From an uncultured delta proteobacterium (lineage in GTDB: Bacteria; Desulfobacterota; Binatia; UBA9968): DNA of 64,000 nucleotides. The translations under genes and the position numbers were made by a program. The stretch is taken from positions 524,377 through 588,376 of the forward strand of contig CAWFJP010000004.1 in the NCBI GenBank assembly GCA_963816145.1, given 5' to 3'. A model generated the notes under the pieces. That model saw only the letters and a list, made by a program, of their open reading frames with translations. It did no database searches and had not been told where the DNA came from. Positions 1-10,820 of the stretch are shown here, piece by piece; the stretch's first letter is position 1, and each line of letters begins with the position of its first letter.

Positions 1-2
1 GC

Positions 3-278
3 CAACTTGCATTGATGAACCGCGCGCCCCATCCCAACGCGGCCAAGGTATTTGTCAATTGGCTGCTTTCGCGCGAAGGGCAAAGCGCCTTCCAGCGCAT
101 AATCAGCACGCCGGGAGAAGCGAAAAACTCGCGGCGCATCGACGTGCCGAAGGATCACATTCCGGCGGCGGAGCGGCGCGTCGACGGCGGAAAGTATTTT
201 GATCCGGACGACCTGAATTCTCGGGATATTACCCCGGTGACCAAGTTGATGGATGAGATTTTTGCCGGTAAGAAGTAA
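3..278 (+). CDS. Extracellular solute-binding protein (AfuA/PotD-like ABC SBP), 3' part only
   Basis: C-terminal motif NRAPHPNAAKVFVNWLLSREGQ...SRRIDVPKD shared with all downstream SBP paralogs; runs off the window start. Confidence 0.85.
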   Translation, partial: QLALMNRAPHPNAAKVFVNWLLSREGQSAFQRIISTPGEAKNSRRIDVPKDHIPAAERRVDGGKYFDPDDLNSRDITPVTKLMDEIFAGKK

Positions 279-352
279 CCGGGCCTGTTGCGCACGGAAG
301 ATTGAAAATAGAAGATAGCGCGTCCAGGCGCCAATGTTAGAGGGGGCTTGCA

Positions 353-1534
353 ATGATAACAGCAGAAGAAAATGAAATGCTGACCAAAGTCGGGCCCGGC
401 ACGCCGGCGGGCGAATTGCTGCGGCGCTATTGGCACCCGATTTCAATTGCTGCGGATATTACGCCTGAGAGCCCGACAAAGTTCGTGCGTATTCTCGGGG
501 AAGACCTGGTGCTTTATCAGACGCCGAACGGGGAAGCTGGCCTGCTTCATGATCGTTGCCCGCACCGTGGCGCGTCTCTCTCCTATGGCCGCTGCGAAGA
601 GCGCGGAATCTCTTGCGCCTATCATGGTTGGTTGTTCAACAGCAAAGGCGACTGTTTGGAGACGCCGGCGGAGCCGGCGGATAGTAAGTTTCATCTAACG
701 GTGAAGCAAAAAGCCTACCCGGTGAAAAAACTTGCCGGCCTGTACTGGGCATATATGGGACCGCTGCCGGCGCCGGAAATACCCAAGTGGGATGTCTGGG
801 CGCGCACCGACGGCTGGCATTGGCTCCGCGCCCTGCCGACGCTCGACTGTAATTGGTTGCAGGCTATGGAGAACTCGGTCGACACGACGCATCTGCACAT
901 ACTCCACCAGGAGCTGGTCACCGATGGCTTTGAGGTCACCAGTACAACCCGCGGCACCATCGACAATTTAGACATGTACGAGACCGAAGAGTTTGAATAT
1001 GGAATCATCAAACGGCGGGTGTTCGGCGACGGCAAAATCGAAGAACATCCGTTGTTGTTTCCCACCTGGCTGCGTCAGGCCAATCGCACGCAAATCCGCG
1101 TGCCGATCGACGACACGCACACCTATGTTGTCTACGTTCACTTTGTTCCCGACGCCGCCGGGCCGCGTCCGGCCGGCGGCGAGGTGCCTGTCAATTACCG
1201 CAGGCCTTTCAAAAACCCACCGGATCAACGCCATCCGATCGCCAAACATCGCCTCGACGAGGTCGACGCTCAGGATTTCATGGCTTGGGAAACTCAAGGG
1301 CCGATTCATGACCGGACCCGCGAGCGGCTCAGCACCTCGGATCGCGGCATCGTTGTTTACCGCGAGATGCTAACCCGTGAGATCAAGAAAGTGCAGCGGG
1401 GCTTGGAGCCGATGAACGTCTTCCGGGATCCCAACGGCCCGATCATCGACACCAAGCTAGAGGAGTCGGTAAAGGTCGGAAAAGCCGGCGGCTTCGCGCA
1501 TATTTTGCCACCGAAGGCGACGAGAGAAGCTTAA
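353..1534 (+). CDS. Rieske non-heme iron oxygenase alpha subunit (phthalate 4,5-dioxygenase-like group)
   Basis: Rieske motif CPHRG...CAYHGW; mononuclear Fe motif ENSVDTTHLHILH; QDFMAWETQG. Confidence 0.9.
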   Translation: MITAEENEMLTKVGPGTPAGELLRRYWHPISIAADITPESPTKFVRILGEDLVLYQTPNGEAGLLHDRCPHRGASLSYGRCEERGISCAYHGWLFNSKGDCLETPAEPADSKFHLTVKQKAYPVKKLAGLYWAYMGPLPAPEIPKWDVWARTDGWHWLRALPTLDCNWLQAMENSVDTTHLHILHQELVTDGFEVTSTTRGTIDNLDMYETEEFEYGIIKRRVFGDGKIEEHPLLFPTWLRQANRTQIRVPIDDTHTYVVYVHFVPDAAGPRPAGGEVPVNYRRPFKNPPDQRHPIAKHRLDEVDAQDFMAWETQGPIHDRTRERLSTSDRGIVVYREMLTREIKKVQRGLEPMNVFRDPNGPIIDTKLEESVKVGKAGGFAHILPPKATREA

Positions 1535-1752
1535 CTGCATTTAGCGCAAGAGTGGGATTGTTAATCTTTGCGTTGCGACCGAGCGCTCTCGTTTCAATCG
1601 AGGGCATCCAACCGAACGCTGCAGGACTGAATTCCCACTTTGCGAAATTTGACGCGAACTCCTTCATTGCAGCGGAGGCCGGCAGCTTTCTCAGCTCTAG
1701 TCGAGCGGACGTTTACGAGCGCTTCGTGGTTCAAAGACAGGGAGAGCGAAAC

Positions 1753-2886
1753 GTGAGACAAAAAGCGCTGCTTTCCGTGGTTTTATTGCTGCTGTGCTTT
1801 GCCGGGATCACGAGCGCCGCCGAAACCAAACCGGCTTGGCAGCGCGAGTGGGAGAGAATTCTCGAAGCGGCGAAGAAAGAAGGCTCGCTATCGCTCTACC
1901 TCTTTCAGGGCGAGGGCGAGCTCGGCGCGGTGGCGCAGCTGTTTCAAAAAAAATATCCGGAGATCAATGTCATTACGACTACCGGCCGGGGCAATACGCT
2001 TGGGCCGCGTATCATGGCGGAGCGGCGTGCCGGCAAGTTTTTGGTTGATGCTTATATCAGCGGGGTGACGACGGCCTATGAAGTGTTTTATCGGGCGAAA
2101 ATCCTCGACAGCGTGCGCGCGGCGCTGATCCTTCCCGAGGTCCTCGATGAGTCCAAGTGGTTGCTCGGCCAGCATCACTACGTCGACCCGGAGAACCGTT
2201 ATATATTTGTCTATCTCGGCAATGTCGACAATTATGTCTCGTACCATACCAAGTCGGTGGAGGCGGGTGAGATTCGTTCCTACTGGGACTTTCTCCAACC
2301 CAAGTGGAAAGGCAAGATTCTCTCGCGAGATCCGAAGATATCCGGTAGCCAGCGCATCGGCCTACGGATGTTTTATCATACGCCGGAGTTGGGGCCCGAG
2401 TTTATCCGGCGCCTGTATGGCGAGATGGATCTGACGTTGACTCAAGAAATCCGCCAGGCGACGGATTGGCTGGGGAGCGGGAAGTTCGCCATTTGTTTTT
2501 TCTGCTCGGAAATTCTGCGGGCGAAGGAGCAGGGGGTGCCGGTCGATGAATTTCGCACGGCGCAGTGGAAAGAAAGCCGGGCGATTTCCGCCGGCAACAA
2601 AGGCTCCATAGCGTTGCCGACCCAACCGCCGCATCCGAACGCGGCACGTTTGTTCGTCAATTGGCTGCTTTCGCGCGAAGGTCAGACGGCGTTGCAGCGC
2701 GCGGCAAACACGCCGTTCAATTCCGAGGAATCGCTGCGCACGGATGTGCCAAAGGACATGGTGCGCAGTGAAGTGCGGCGCATCGATGGCGTCAAATACT
2801 TAATGGCGGAAAAGCCGGAGTATATGGACATGGCGCCGATTCAGGAGATCGTCGAGAAGGCGTTGGCGCAGGGGAAGAAGAAGTAA
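1753..2886 (+). CDS. Extracellular solute-binding protein (AfuA/PotD-like)
   Basis: GTG after GGAGAG; signal-peptide-like N-terminus; EAAKKEG, ERRAGKF, SYWDFLQPKWKG, PHPNAA motifs. Confidence 0.88.
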   Translation: MRQKALLSVVLLLLCFAGITSAAETKPAWQREWERILEAAKKEGSLSLYLFQGEGELGAVAQLFQKKYPEINVITTTGRGNTLGPRIMAERRAGKFLVDAYISGVTTAYEVFYRAKILDSVRAALILPEVLDESKWLLGQHHYVDPENRYIFVYLGNVDNYVSYHTKSVEAGEIRSYWDFLQPKWKGKILSRDPKISGSQRIGLRMFYHTPELGPEFIRRLYGEMDLTLTQEIRQATDWLGSGKFAICFFCSEILRAKEQGVPVDEFRTAQWKESRAISAGNKGSIALPTQPPHPNAARLFVNWLLSREGQTALQRAANTPFNSEESLRTDVPKDMVRSEVRRIDGVKYLMAEKPEYMDMAPIQEIVEKALAQGKKK

Positions 2887-2992
2887 GGCGCCAGGAGTAA
2901 CGGGTGCAGAAAAAAGCCAGTTGAGCGTCTCAAGGCGGCGAAAAAAAGTTAATAAATAATTGAGAATGGAGAATGGAATCTTGAATAGACGG

Positions 2993-4111
2993 ATGACGAT
3001 CGTATCTAGATTTGTTTTGGCAATGGTATTTTGCGGGGCAGCGAGTGTCGCTTTGGCTGCGCAGGCGAAGCCGGCTTGGCAAGCGGAGTGGGAGAAAGTC
3101 GTCGAAGCAGCCAAGAAAGAAGGCCAGCTGTCGATTTACATCAGCGGCTATGAGGAGGTGCTGCCGGATTTCCAAAAGGAGTATCCGGAAATCAAGGTTG
3201 CGCCGATCACCGGCCGCGGCAGTCAGGTCGGCCAGCGTCTGCTCGCCGAGCGGCGCGCCGATAAGTTTCTTGCCGATGTCGTCAGTGCCGGCGGCGTGAC
3301 GACGTATCAGCAACTGTTCCCGGGGAAAGTCTTCGACCCGATCAAACCGGCGCTGCTGTTGCCGGAGATCAACGACGTCACCAAGTGGTATCAAGGCAAG
3401 CACCACTATGCCGACCCGGAGAATCAATACATTTTCAGCTATGTCGGCACCGCGACCTACGGGTCGGTGAACTACAATACCAAACTGGTCGACGTGAAAG
3501 ATTTCAAATCCTATTGGGACCTGCTCAATCCCAAGTGGAAAGGAAAAATCATCTCGCGGGATGTTCGCGTGCCCGGCCCCGGTTCAGGCAATGCGCGGTT
3601 GTTTTACTACTTGCCGGATGTCGGACCCTCGTTTATCAAAAAACTGTACGGCGAAATGGACGTGACTTTGTTTCGCGACTACCGCCAAGGCAGCGACTGG
3701 CTCGCCGTCGGTAAGGCGGCGATCTGTTTTTTCTGCGAGGTCGATGTGTCCAAGCAGCAGGGGCTGCCGGTGGATACCTTCGGCCCTGGGGTTTTCAAGG
3801 AAGGCGCCGGCCTGGTGCAGCAATTCGGCACCCTCGGGCTGGTAAACCGCGCGCCCCATCCCAACGCCGCGAAAGTCTACATCAACTGGTTGCTGTCGCG
3901 CAGAGGCCAGATCGCCCTGCAGAAAAACATGCTCAAAACCGAGAATCCCACCGATTCGTTGCGCATCGATATTCCCAAGGACGATGTGCCGGTGCTCCAG
4001 CGCCGGGTCGAAGGCGTGAAGTACCTCGACACCAGCCGGCCGGAGTGGCAGGAGATGAAACCGATCTTGGATGTCATGAATGAGGCGCTCAAGGCGGCGG
4101 GGAAGAGTTGA
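2993..4111 (+). CDS. Extracellular solute-binding protein (AfuA/PotD-like)
   Basis: Same family motifs; ends EALKAAGKS; start could lie slightly upstream (2960). Confidence 0.88.
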   Translation: MTIVSRFVLAMVFCGAASVALAAQAKPAWQAEWEKVVEAAKKEGQLSIYISGYEEVLPDFQKEYPEIKVAPITGRGSQVGQRLLAERRADKFLADVVSAGGVTTYQQLFPGKVFDPIKPALLLPEINDVTKWYQGKHHYADPENQYIFSYVGTATYGSVNYNTKLVDVKDFKSYWDLLNPKWKGKIISRDVRVPGPGSGNARLFYYLPDVGPSFIKKLYGEMDVTLFRDYRQGSDWLAVGKAAICFFCEVDVSKQQGLPVDTFGPGVFKEGAGLVQQFGTLGLVNRAPHPNAAKVYINWLLSRRGQIALQKNMLKTENPTDSLRIDIPKDDVPVLQRRVEGVKYLDTSRPEWQEMKPILDVMNEALKAAGKS

Positions 4112-4144
4112 ACTAATGGATAATTGAGAATGGAGAATTGAAAA

Positions 4145-5269
4145 TTGTTACTGAGAGTCGCTGCGGTAAGTAGTGTTTTTTTGGCGATCTTTGGTCTCGC
4201 AGTTGGAGCTTTAGCGGCCCAGCCAAAACCCGCCTGGCAGCGGGAGTGGGAGACGACCCTCGACGCGGCCAAAAAAGAAGGGCAGGTCGTGGTTTACATT
4301 GGTGGCTACGAAGCGGTGCTGCCGGACTTTGAAAAGGAATTTCCGGAGATCAAGCTCGTGGTCGTTCCGGCGCGCGGCGCGCAAATCGTCCAACGGTTGA
4401 TCAGCGAGCGCCGCGGCGACAAATATCTCGCTGATGTCGTCAGCACGGGAGCGAATGCGACCTACCAGCAGCTCTATCCGGCCAAAGTATTGGATCCGAT
4501 CAAACCGGCGCTAATTCTTCCTGAGATAATCGACCCATCCAAATGGTATGAAGGAAAGCACCATTACGCCGACCCCGAGGGCCAATACGTTTTCAACTAT
4601 GTCGGTTCGGCGACCTACGGATCGGTGAATTACAACACCAAGCTGGTCGATACGAAGGAGTTTAAATCTTACTGGGATCTGCTGAGTCCAAAATGGAAGG
4701 ATAAAATCGTCGCCCGCGATGTTCGCGCGCCCGGCCCCGGCGGCGGTAACGCCCGCTTCTTTTATTATCATCCCGAGTTGGGCGCGCCGTTTATTCGAAA
4801 ACTCTACGGCGAGATGAATTTGACTTTGTTTCGTGATTTTCGCCAGGGGCCGGATTGGCTGGCGGCGGGAAAGTTCGCCATCTGTTTTTCCTGCGACGTG
4901 GAGATACCGAAGCAGCAGGGCTTACCCGTGGACACCTTCGGGCCGCGGGTTTTCAAAGAAGGCGGCGGCTTGGTCCAGGCGTTCGGCACTTTAACGCTGG
5001 TCAATCGCGCGCCGCATCCCAACGCGGCCAAGGTTTTTGTCAATTGGCTATTATCGCGCCGCGGCCAGATGGCTTTGCAAAAGCGCTTGAGCACCGGCGA
5101 AAGCCCCGGTGATTCTCTGCGCATCGACATTCCCAAAGACGATGTGCCGCTGCTAAACCGACGGCTGGAAGGCGTTAGGTATGTCGACACGGGCAGACCC
5201 GAGATGCTCGAGATGAAACCGATTCTAGACGTCGTGAATGAGGCGCTGAAAGCAGCGGGAAAGAGCTAG
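4145..5269 (+). CDS. Extracellular solute-binding protein (AfuA/PotD-like)
   Basis: Close paralog of 2993-4111; ends EALKAAGKS. Confidence 0.88.
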   Translation: MLLRVAAVSSVFLAIFGLAVGALAAQPKPAWQREWETTLDAAKKEGQVVVYIGGYEAVLPDFEKEFPEIKLVVVPARGAQIVQRLISERRGDKYLADVVSTGANATYQQLYPAKVLDPIKPALILPEIIDPSKWYEGKHHYADPEGQYVFNYVGSATYGSVNYNTKLVDTKEFKSYWDLLSPKWKDKIVARDVRAPGPGGGNARFFYYHPELGAPFIRKLYGEMNLTLFRDFRQGPDWLAAGKFAICFSCDVEIPKQQGLPVDTFGPRVFKEGGGLVQAFGTLTLVNRAPHPNAAKVFVNWLLSRRGQMALQKRLSTGESPGDSLRIDIPKDDVPLLNRRLEGVRYVDTGRPEMLEMKPILDVVNEALKAAGKS

Positions 5270-5281
5270 GTTAATGGATAA

Positions 5282-6435
5282 TTGAGAATGGAGAATGGAA
5301 AATTGAGAAGAAAGGTAGCCGCAGTGATTGGTTCTGTTTCGACCATCATATTCTTTGGATTAGCGATCGATGTCTTGGCGGCGCAGGTGAAGCCCGCCTG
5401 GCAGCAGGAATGGGAGAAAACCCTCGAAGCAGCCAAGAAGGAAGGCCAGGTCGTTGTTTACATCAGCGGCTATGAAGCGATTCTGCCTGACTTCGAGAAG
5501 GAGTTCCCTGAGATCAAAGTGACCGCCGTTACCGGGCGGGGTAATCAGCTGGGGCCGCGCTTGTTGGCGGAGCGGCGCGCGGAAAAGTTTATCGCCGATG
5601 TTTCCAGCACCGGTGCCAATCCCAACTATCAGCAGTATTCACGCCGACCAAGGCTCTCGATCCGATCAAGCCGGCGTTGATCCTGCCGGAAGTCACGGAT
5701 CAGACCAAGTGGTATTTGAAGAAGCACCAGTATTCCGATCCGGAAGGCCAATATGTTTTCAACTACGTCGGCTCGGCGACCTATGGCTCGATTCACTACA
5801 ACACCAAGATCGTCGAGTCGAAGGAGTTCAAGTCCTATTGGGATCTGCTCAGTCCCAAGTGGAAAGGCAAGATCGCCATCCGCGATATCCGTGAGGCCGG
5901 CCCGGGCGCCGGTAATACCCGGTTCTTTTATTACAATTCCGAGCTAGGGCCCGGGTTTATTCGCAAGCTGTTTGGCGAGATGGATGCGACGTTGTTCCGT
6001 GACTTTCGCCAGGGGCCGGATTGGCTGGCGACGGGGAAGTATGCCATCTGCTTTTTTTGCGATGTCGATGTGTTGAAGCGCCAAGGCCTGCCGGTGGACA
6101 CCTTCGGGCCGAAAGTCTTCAAAGAAGGTGGCGGGTTGGTGCAGCAGTTCGGCACTTTGGCCCTGCTCAATCGCGCGCCCCATCCCAACGCCGCCAAGGT
6201 GTTCATCAACTGGCTGCTCTCGCGCAACGGCCAGATCGCGCTGCAAAAACGAACCATGACCGCGGAAAGCCCGGCCGATTCCCTGCGCATCGATATTCCC
6301 AAAGAAGAAGTGCCCTACGACAATCGCCGATTGGAAGGCATCAAATATCTCGACACCGGCAAGCCCGAGTGGATCGAGATGAAGCCGATCATCGATGTGG
6401 TGAACGAAGCGCTCAAGGCGGCGGGGAAGAGTTAA
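5282..6435 (+). CDS. Extracellular solute-binding protein, single frameshift near 5640
   Basis: ORFs 5282-5680 and 5677-6435 join into one full paralog ending EALKAAGKS. Confidence 0.82.
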
Positions 6436-6620
6436 CGGATAATTGAGAATGGATAATGGAGAATTGAAAATTATCCGGTCCCATACGACTTGAAAGGAGG
6501 AAGGTTAAATGTATAAGAAGGAAGTGGCAGGTATGAAGAAATTCTCGCAATTGGAAGACATAAGGATAATTGAGAATGGATAATGGAGAATTGAAAATTA
6601 TCCGGTCCCGTCCCCACTTT

Positions 6621-6755
6621 GAGATACTGTGTCGCAATGCGCGAAAGCCTCAATCATGTCATCTCGAACGAAGTGAGAGATCTTGCATTTCAGCCACATC
6701 CGAAGAAAAGATGTCTCGCCTCCGACTCGAAATGACAATTGCGACACAGTTTCTC
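6621..6755. mobile_element. MITE type 1 (TIR core ACTGTGTCGCAAT) carrying a GTCA-type REP doublet
   Basis: 13-bp perfect IR at 6626-6638/6738-6750; internal TGTCATCTCGAAC...TCGAAATGACA; second copy at 16979-17110. Confidence 0.75.
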
Positions 6756-6824
6756 GACGGGAGAAGGTTAGAATAGGGGGCCTGCGCGCCAGTGAAAAAT
6801 TTCGCACTCCTCTTGGAAAGACCA

Positions 6825-7811
6825 ATGAAGAAAAAACTGATTTTCGCTGCGGTCGCGTCTTTTGTTTTGGCGCTTGGCGATCTCGCCCGAGCGCAGCAGC
6901 CGACGAATGTTACGCGGATCGGCTTTCTCGCAGCACCCAGCCGATCCGGCATGTCGCATCTCACCGAGGCGTTCCTCCAAGGTCTGCGCGAGGTCGGTTA
7001 CGTCGAGGGGAAGAATATCGCGATCGAATACCGATGGGCCGACGGCAAGTTCGAGCGGCTGCCGGAACTTGCCGCGGAATTGGTTCGTCTGAAGGTCGAC
7101 GTGATTGTCGCGGCGGTGACGCAAGCGTCGCTGGCGGCCAAGAATGCGACCGGTGCAATCCCGATTGTCATGGTAGCGGTTGCCAATCCCGTGGACTCCG
7201 GCCTTATCGCCAGCCTCGCCCGGCCGGGGGCGAATCTCACGGGGACGTCTGTCATGAACGACGAGGTTGTCGGCAAGCAGTTAGAGCTGCTCAAGGAAGC
7301 TTTGCCGGCAATTTCCAGGGTTGGCGCTATGTGGAATCCGGCGAATCCGGTCTTCCAAAAGTTGCAATTGCGCGCGCTCGAGGCCACGGCTCGAGCATTG
7401 AACGTACGTCTTCAGAAAGTGGAGGCGCGAGATCAAGAAGAGATCGAGCGCGCCTTCAAAGCGATCGCCAAAGAGCGCACGCGGGCGCTCCACGTCCTCC
7501 CCGATCCAGTTTTCACTGCACACCGCCGAATGATCGCCGACCTTGCCCTCAAGCTTCACCTGCCGGCGGTAAGCGGAACGAAAGAATATGCTGAAGCTGG
7601 CCTGCTCATGTCCTACGGCCCGAGCTTTCCCGAGTCGTATCGCCGCGCGGCAATTTATGTCGATAAAATTCTCAAAGGTGCCAAGCCCGCGGACATCCCT
7701 ATCGAGCGATCGACCAAGTTCGAGTTCGTCATCAATCTCAGCACGGCGAAGCAAATCGGCGTGACGCTTCCGCAATCGCTGCTGTATCGGGCGGATAAGG
7801 TCATCCGGTAA
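6825..7811 (+). CDS. ABC transporter substrate-binding protein (COG2984-type)
   Basis: Typical motifs LREVGYVEGKNIAIEYR, SLARPGANLTG, YVDKILKGAKPADIP, FEFVINLSTAKQIG. Confidence 0.9.
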   Translation: MKKKLIFAAVASFVLALGDLARAQQPTNVTRIGFLAAPSRSGMSHLTEAFLQGLREVGYVEGKNIAIEYRWADGKFERLPELAAELVRLKVDVIVAAVTQASLAAKNATGAIPIVMVAVANPVDSGLIASLARPGANLTGTSVMNDEVVGKQLELLKEALPAISRVGAMWNPANPVFQKLQLRALEATARALNVRLQKVEARDQEEIERAFKAIAKERTRALHVLPDPVFTAHRRMIADLALKLHLPAVSGTKEYAEAGLLMSYGPSFPESYRRAAIYVDKILKGAKPADIPIERSTKFEFVINLSTAKQIGVTLPQSLLYRADKVIR

Positions 7812-7887
7812 AGCGCTGAGGGACAATTGAGAATGGATAATGGAGAATTGATAATGCTCGGGCGCTGGCAATCTGAAGGGACTCATA

Positions 7888-9325
7888 ATGGGAAGTGAAA
7901 GTTCACTAGCTTACAAAGACCTGCGCGGTTATCTCGACGCGGCTGACAAGCTCGGCGAACTGCGTCGGGTTAACGGCGCGGATTGGGATCTGGAGCTCGG
8001 CGCGATTACCGAAGTGGCGGCGCGGGCGACGCATCCGAAAGTGGTTCTGTTCGACGACATCAAGGGCTATCCGACGGGGTTTCGCGTCGTTACCAATCCG
8101 GTTTGTTCGGCGGCCACGACGGCGCTCGCTTTCGGACTCGATCCGAAGTTGACCGGTATGGATATTATTCGCGCCTGGAAAGAGCGGCTCGGCAAGCAGA
8201 CGCCGATCAGGCCCGTGGAAGTTGGCAACGGGCCGATTACCGAGAACTGCGACAGCGGCGACCAGGTCGATTTGCTCAAGTTCCCGACGCCGCGTTGGCA
8301 TGAAGAAGACGGCGGTCGTTATATCGGCACCGGCTGCATGGTGATCATGGAAGATCCCGACGGCAAGTGGACCAACGTCGGCACTTACCGTGTCTGTGTG
8401 CATGACAAGAACACGCTCGGCATCTGGATTTCGCCGGGCAAGCATGGACGGCTGATCCGGGAAAAATATTGGGCCCAGGGCAAACCCTGTCCGGTGGTGA
8501 TTAGTTTCGGCCAAGATCCGATTCTCGCCAAAGTGGCGAGTTGGTACGAAGCCTGGGGTGTGTCGGAGTTGGAAATTGCCGGCTGGCTGTTCGGCGCGCC
8601 GGTTAAATATATTCACGGCAAGGAAACCGGTCTGCCGATTCCCGCGACTTCCGAGCTTAGCCATCGAAGGTTTCATCGTGCCGCCGACCGAAGACAGCCG
8701 GCCGGAAGGTCCGTTCGGCGAATGGACCGGCTACTACGCTTCGGGCACGCGCAACGAGCCGGTGGTCAAAGTCAAAAATGTTTTTTACCGCAACGATCCG
8801 ATCATCTTCGGCATGCCGCCGGGCATCTCCGGCAAATCGGTGCCGCTGAGCGCCGCTAACGTGTGGCTCGCCCTCGAAAAAGCCGGCGTCACCGACGTCC
8901 AGGGCGTGTGGGAATATCAGACGCGCTACATCACGGCGATCTCGATCAAACAAAAATACGGCGGCCACGCCAAGCGCACGGCGATGGCGATGTTAGGCTC
9001 GACCTACGGCTACCACCGGCGTTTCGTCATTATCGTCGATGACGATGTCGATCCATCGAACATCGACGATGTTATGTGGGCCCTGGCCACCCGCTGCGAT
9101 CCGGCGACGGCGATCAATGTCATCACCGACGCCTGGAGCACACCGCTCGACCCGCGCATCACGCCCGACGCCCGGGCGGCGCGCAACTTCACCAATTCGG
9201 TCGCGATCATCAACGCCTGCCAGCCGTACCATTGGAAAGATCAATATGCCAAGACTTGCTACTTTCCTGAGGAAACGCGGCGGGCGGCGGCGGCGAAGTG
9301 GAAGGACGTGCTGAAATTGGACTGA
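7888..9325 (+). CDS. UbiD-family (prFMN-dependent) decarboxylase, frameshift near 8655
   Basis: DLLKFPTPRWHEEDGGRYIGT, NVGTYR, EGPFGEWTGYY, VDDDVDP...WALATR; split over ORFs 7888-8859 and 8558-9325. Confidence 0.87.
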
Positions 9326-9329
9326 TTCC

Positions 9330-9509
9330 ATTTTGGATTTTCGATTTTGGTTTTGGATTGCGGGAGGAAACGTGAAACGATTTTGGATGTTAGTCTGTGA
9401 GACCGCTATTGGAATCTGGCACAGAGGACGCGCAGACGCGGTACAAATTCTGGCAGTGGCTCCGGACATCTTTCCGATAATCTAAAATCCAAAATCCAAA
9501 ATCGAAAAT
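9330..9509. repeat. 7-mer microsatellite family A2 (AAAATCC/AAAATCG), inverted pair
   Basis: ATTTTGGATTTTCGATTTTGG at ~9330-9360 and AATCTAAAATCCAAAATCCAAAATCGAAAAT at ~9479-9509; also 39367-39397 and 40222-40264. Confidence 0.85.
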
Positions 9510-10634
9510 GGTGGTGGGGGTGCTGTCGCGTGCCTGCTTAGGTGTTGCAGCAGCGGTGCTACCATCGCTGCGGAGGCTCCCAAGTGGCAGCAGGACTGGG
9601 AGCGAACGGTGGAAGCGGCGAAGAAGGAAGGGCAGCTTACCCTCTACGGCAGCCCGGAATACGAAGGGCTTTTTGGCGAACTGAACAAAAAGTACCCGGA
9701 GATTAAAATTACCGGGGTCTTCAATCGCGGCGCGGACGCGGCGCGGCGGCTGATGTCGGAGCGGCGTGCGGATAAATATCTCGCCGATCTCTATCTCAAC
9801 GGCATGACCACTGGCTACAACGTATTCTACAAAGCCAAGGTTCTCGATCCGATCCCGCCTCAGCTGATTCTTCCGGAAGTTACCGATGCCTCGAAGTGGT
9901 GGCGCGGCAAGCCGCAATACGTCGATCCGGAAAATCAGTATCTGCTCAACTTCAACGGCGAGAATCGCATGGTGGTGGCATTCAATACAAAGCTGGTGAA
10001 CCCGGCGGAAATCAAATCTTACTGGGATTTGCTCAATCCCAAGTGGAAGGGGAAGATCGTCGCCTACGATCCGACCCAGGGCGGCTCCGGCGATGCGACG
10101 CGGTTTTTCTATCACCACAAAAGTCTGGGTCCCGAGTTTATTAAGCGAATTCTCACCGAGACCGATATTGTGATCAGCAGAGATACGCGCCAGATGGGGG
10201 ACTGGCTGGCGGGAGGGAAGTATGCGCTCTCGATCTTTGGCCCGGTGTCGCGTATGGATTTGGACTTGATGCAGACCCAGGGGTTGCCGGTGGATTGGTT
10301 CAAGCCGGAACAGCTGAAGGAGGGCACCTATATTACGGGAGGATCGGGCGGTGTCGCGTCGATCAATAAAGCACCCCATCCCAATGCTGCCAAAGTCGGC
10401 TTGAACTGGCTGTTGTCTCGGGAGGGGCAAATGGCGTATCAGCGACTTTTCACCCAAGGCAACGACGGCCCGGATTCGATGCGCATCGATATTCCCAAAG
10501 ACAAAGTGCCGCGCGGTAATCGCCGGCCCGCGACCGACGACGGACGCACGCCCTTCGTCGATCGCGCCGAGTGGATGGATCAGGAGCCAATCACCAAGTT
10601 CATTAAAGAAGTGTTGGAGCAACGAAGGAAGTAA
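9508..10634 (+). CDS. Extracellular solute-binding protein (AfuA/PotD-like), start uncertain or frameshifted
   Basis: Frame open from EAPKWQQDWERTVEAAKKEG; family motifs present; the signal peptide lies in another frame. Confidence 0.8.
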
Positions 10635-10820
10635 TTCAAAATTTTGGATAGCGGAGAAATCCCGTCAAGATAAAGTCGGTAATATCTCTCAAGGGAATTC
10701 TACCGACTGTGTTGGCGCGGGCGGAGAAAATAATTCGCTGACCCAGCGATCCGAACGCGACGGCTACGGGTTAGTTCTAGTACTGGGGGGTCAAGAAAAA
10801 GCGAAAGGCGGAAAAAAATC

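Larger units (their letters stand above)
2955..7855. repeat. Dispersed 7-mer microsatellite family A1 (GATAATT/GAGAATG/GAGAATT units)
   Basis: Copies at ~2955-2980, 4115-4146, 5272-5308, 6437-6472, 6564-6599 and 7822-7855, all intergenic or at gene starts. Confidence 0.9.

Noticed and set aside
2993-6435. Diversity-generating retroelement behind the SBP variation
   Set aside because: No reverse transcriptase and no template/variable repeat pair; differences are spread along the genes and are not adenine-specific.
6437-6609. Possible CRISPR mini-array (repeat-spacer-repeat)
   Set aside because: Only two repeats, the repeat is a 7-mer microsatellite found at other gene junctions, the spacer is 81 bp, and no cas genes are present.
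8640-8670. Programmed ribosomal frameshift in UbiD and other split genes
   Set aside because: No consistent slippery heptamer or downstream structure; single indels in many unrelated genes are better explained by sequencing error.
9390-10622. 410-aa minus-strand ORF
   Set aside because: Antisense shadow of an SBP gene with clear family motifs; common in GC-rich DNA.
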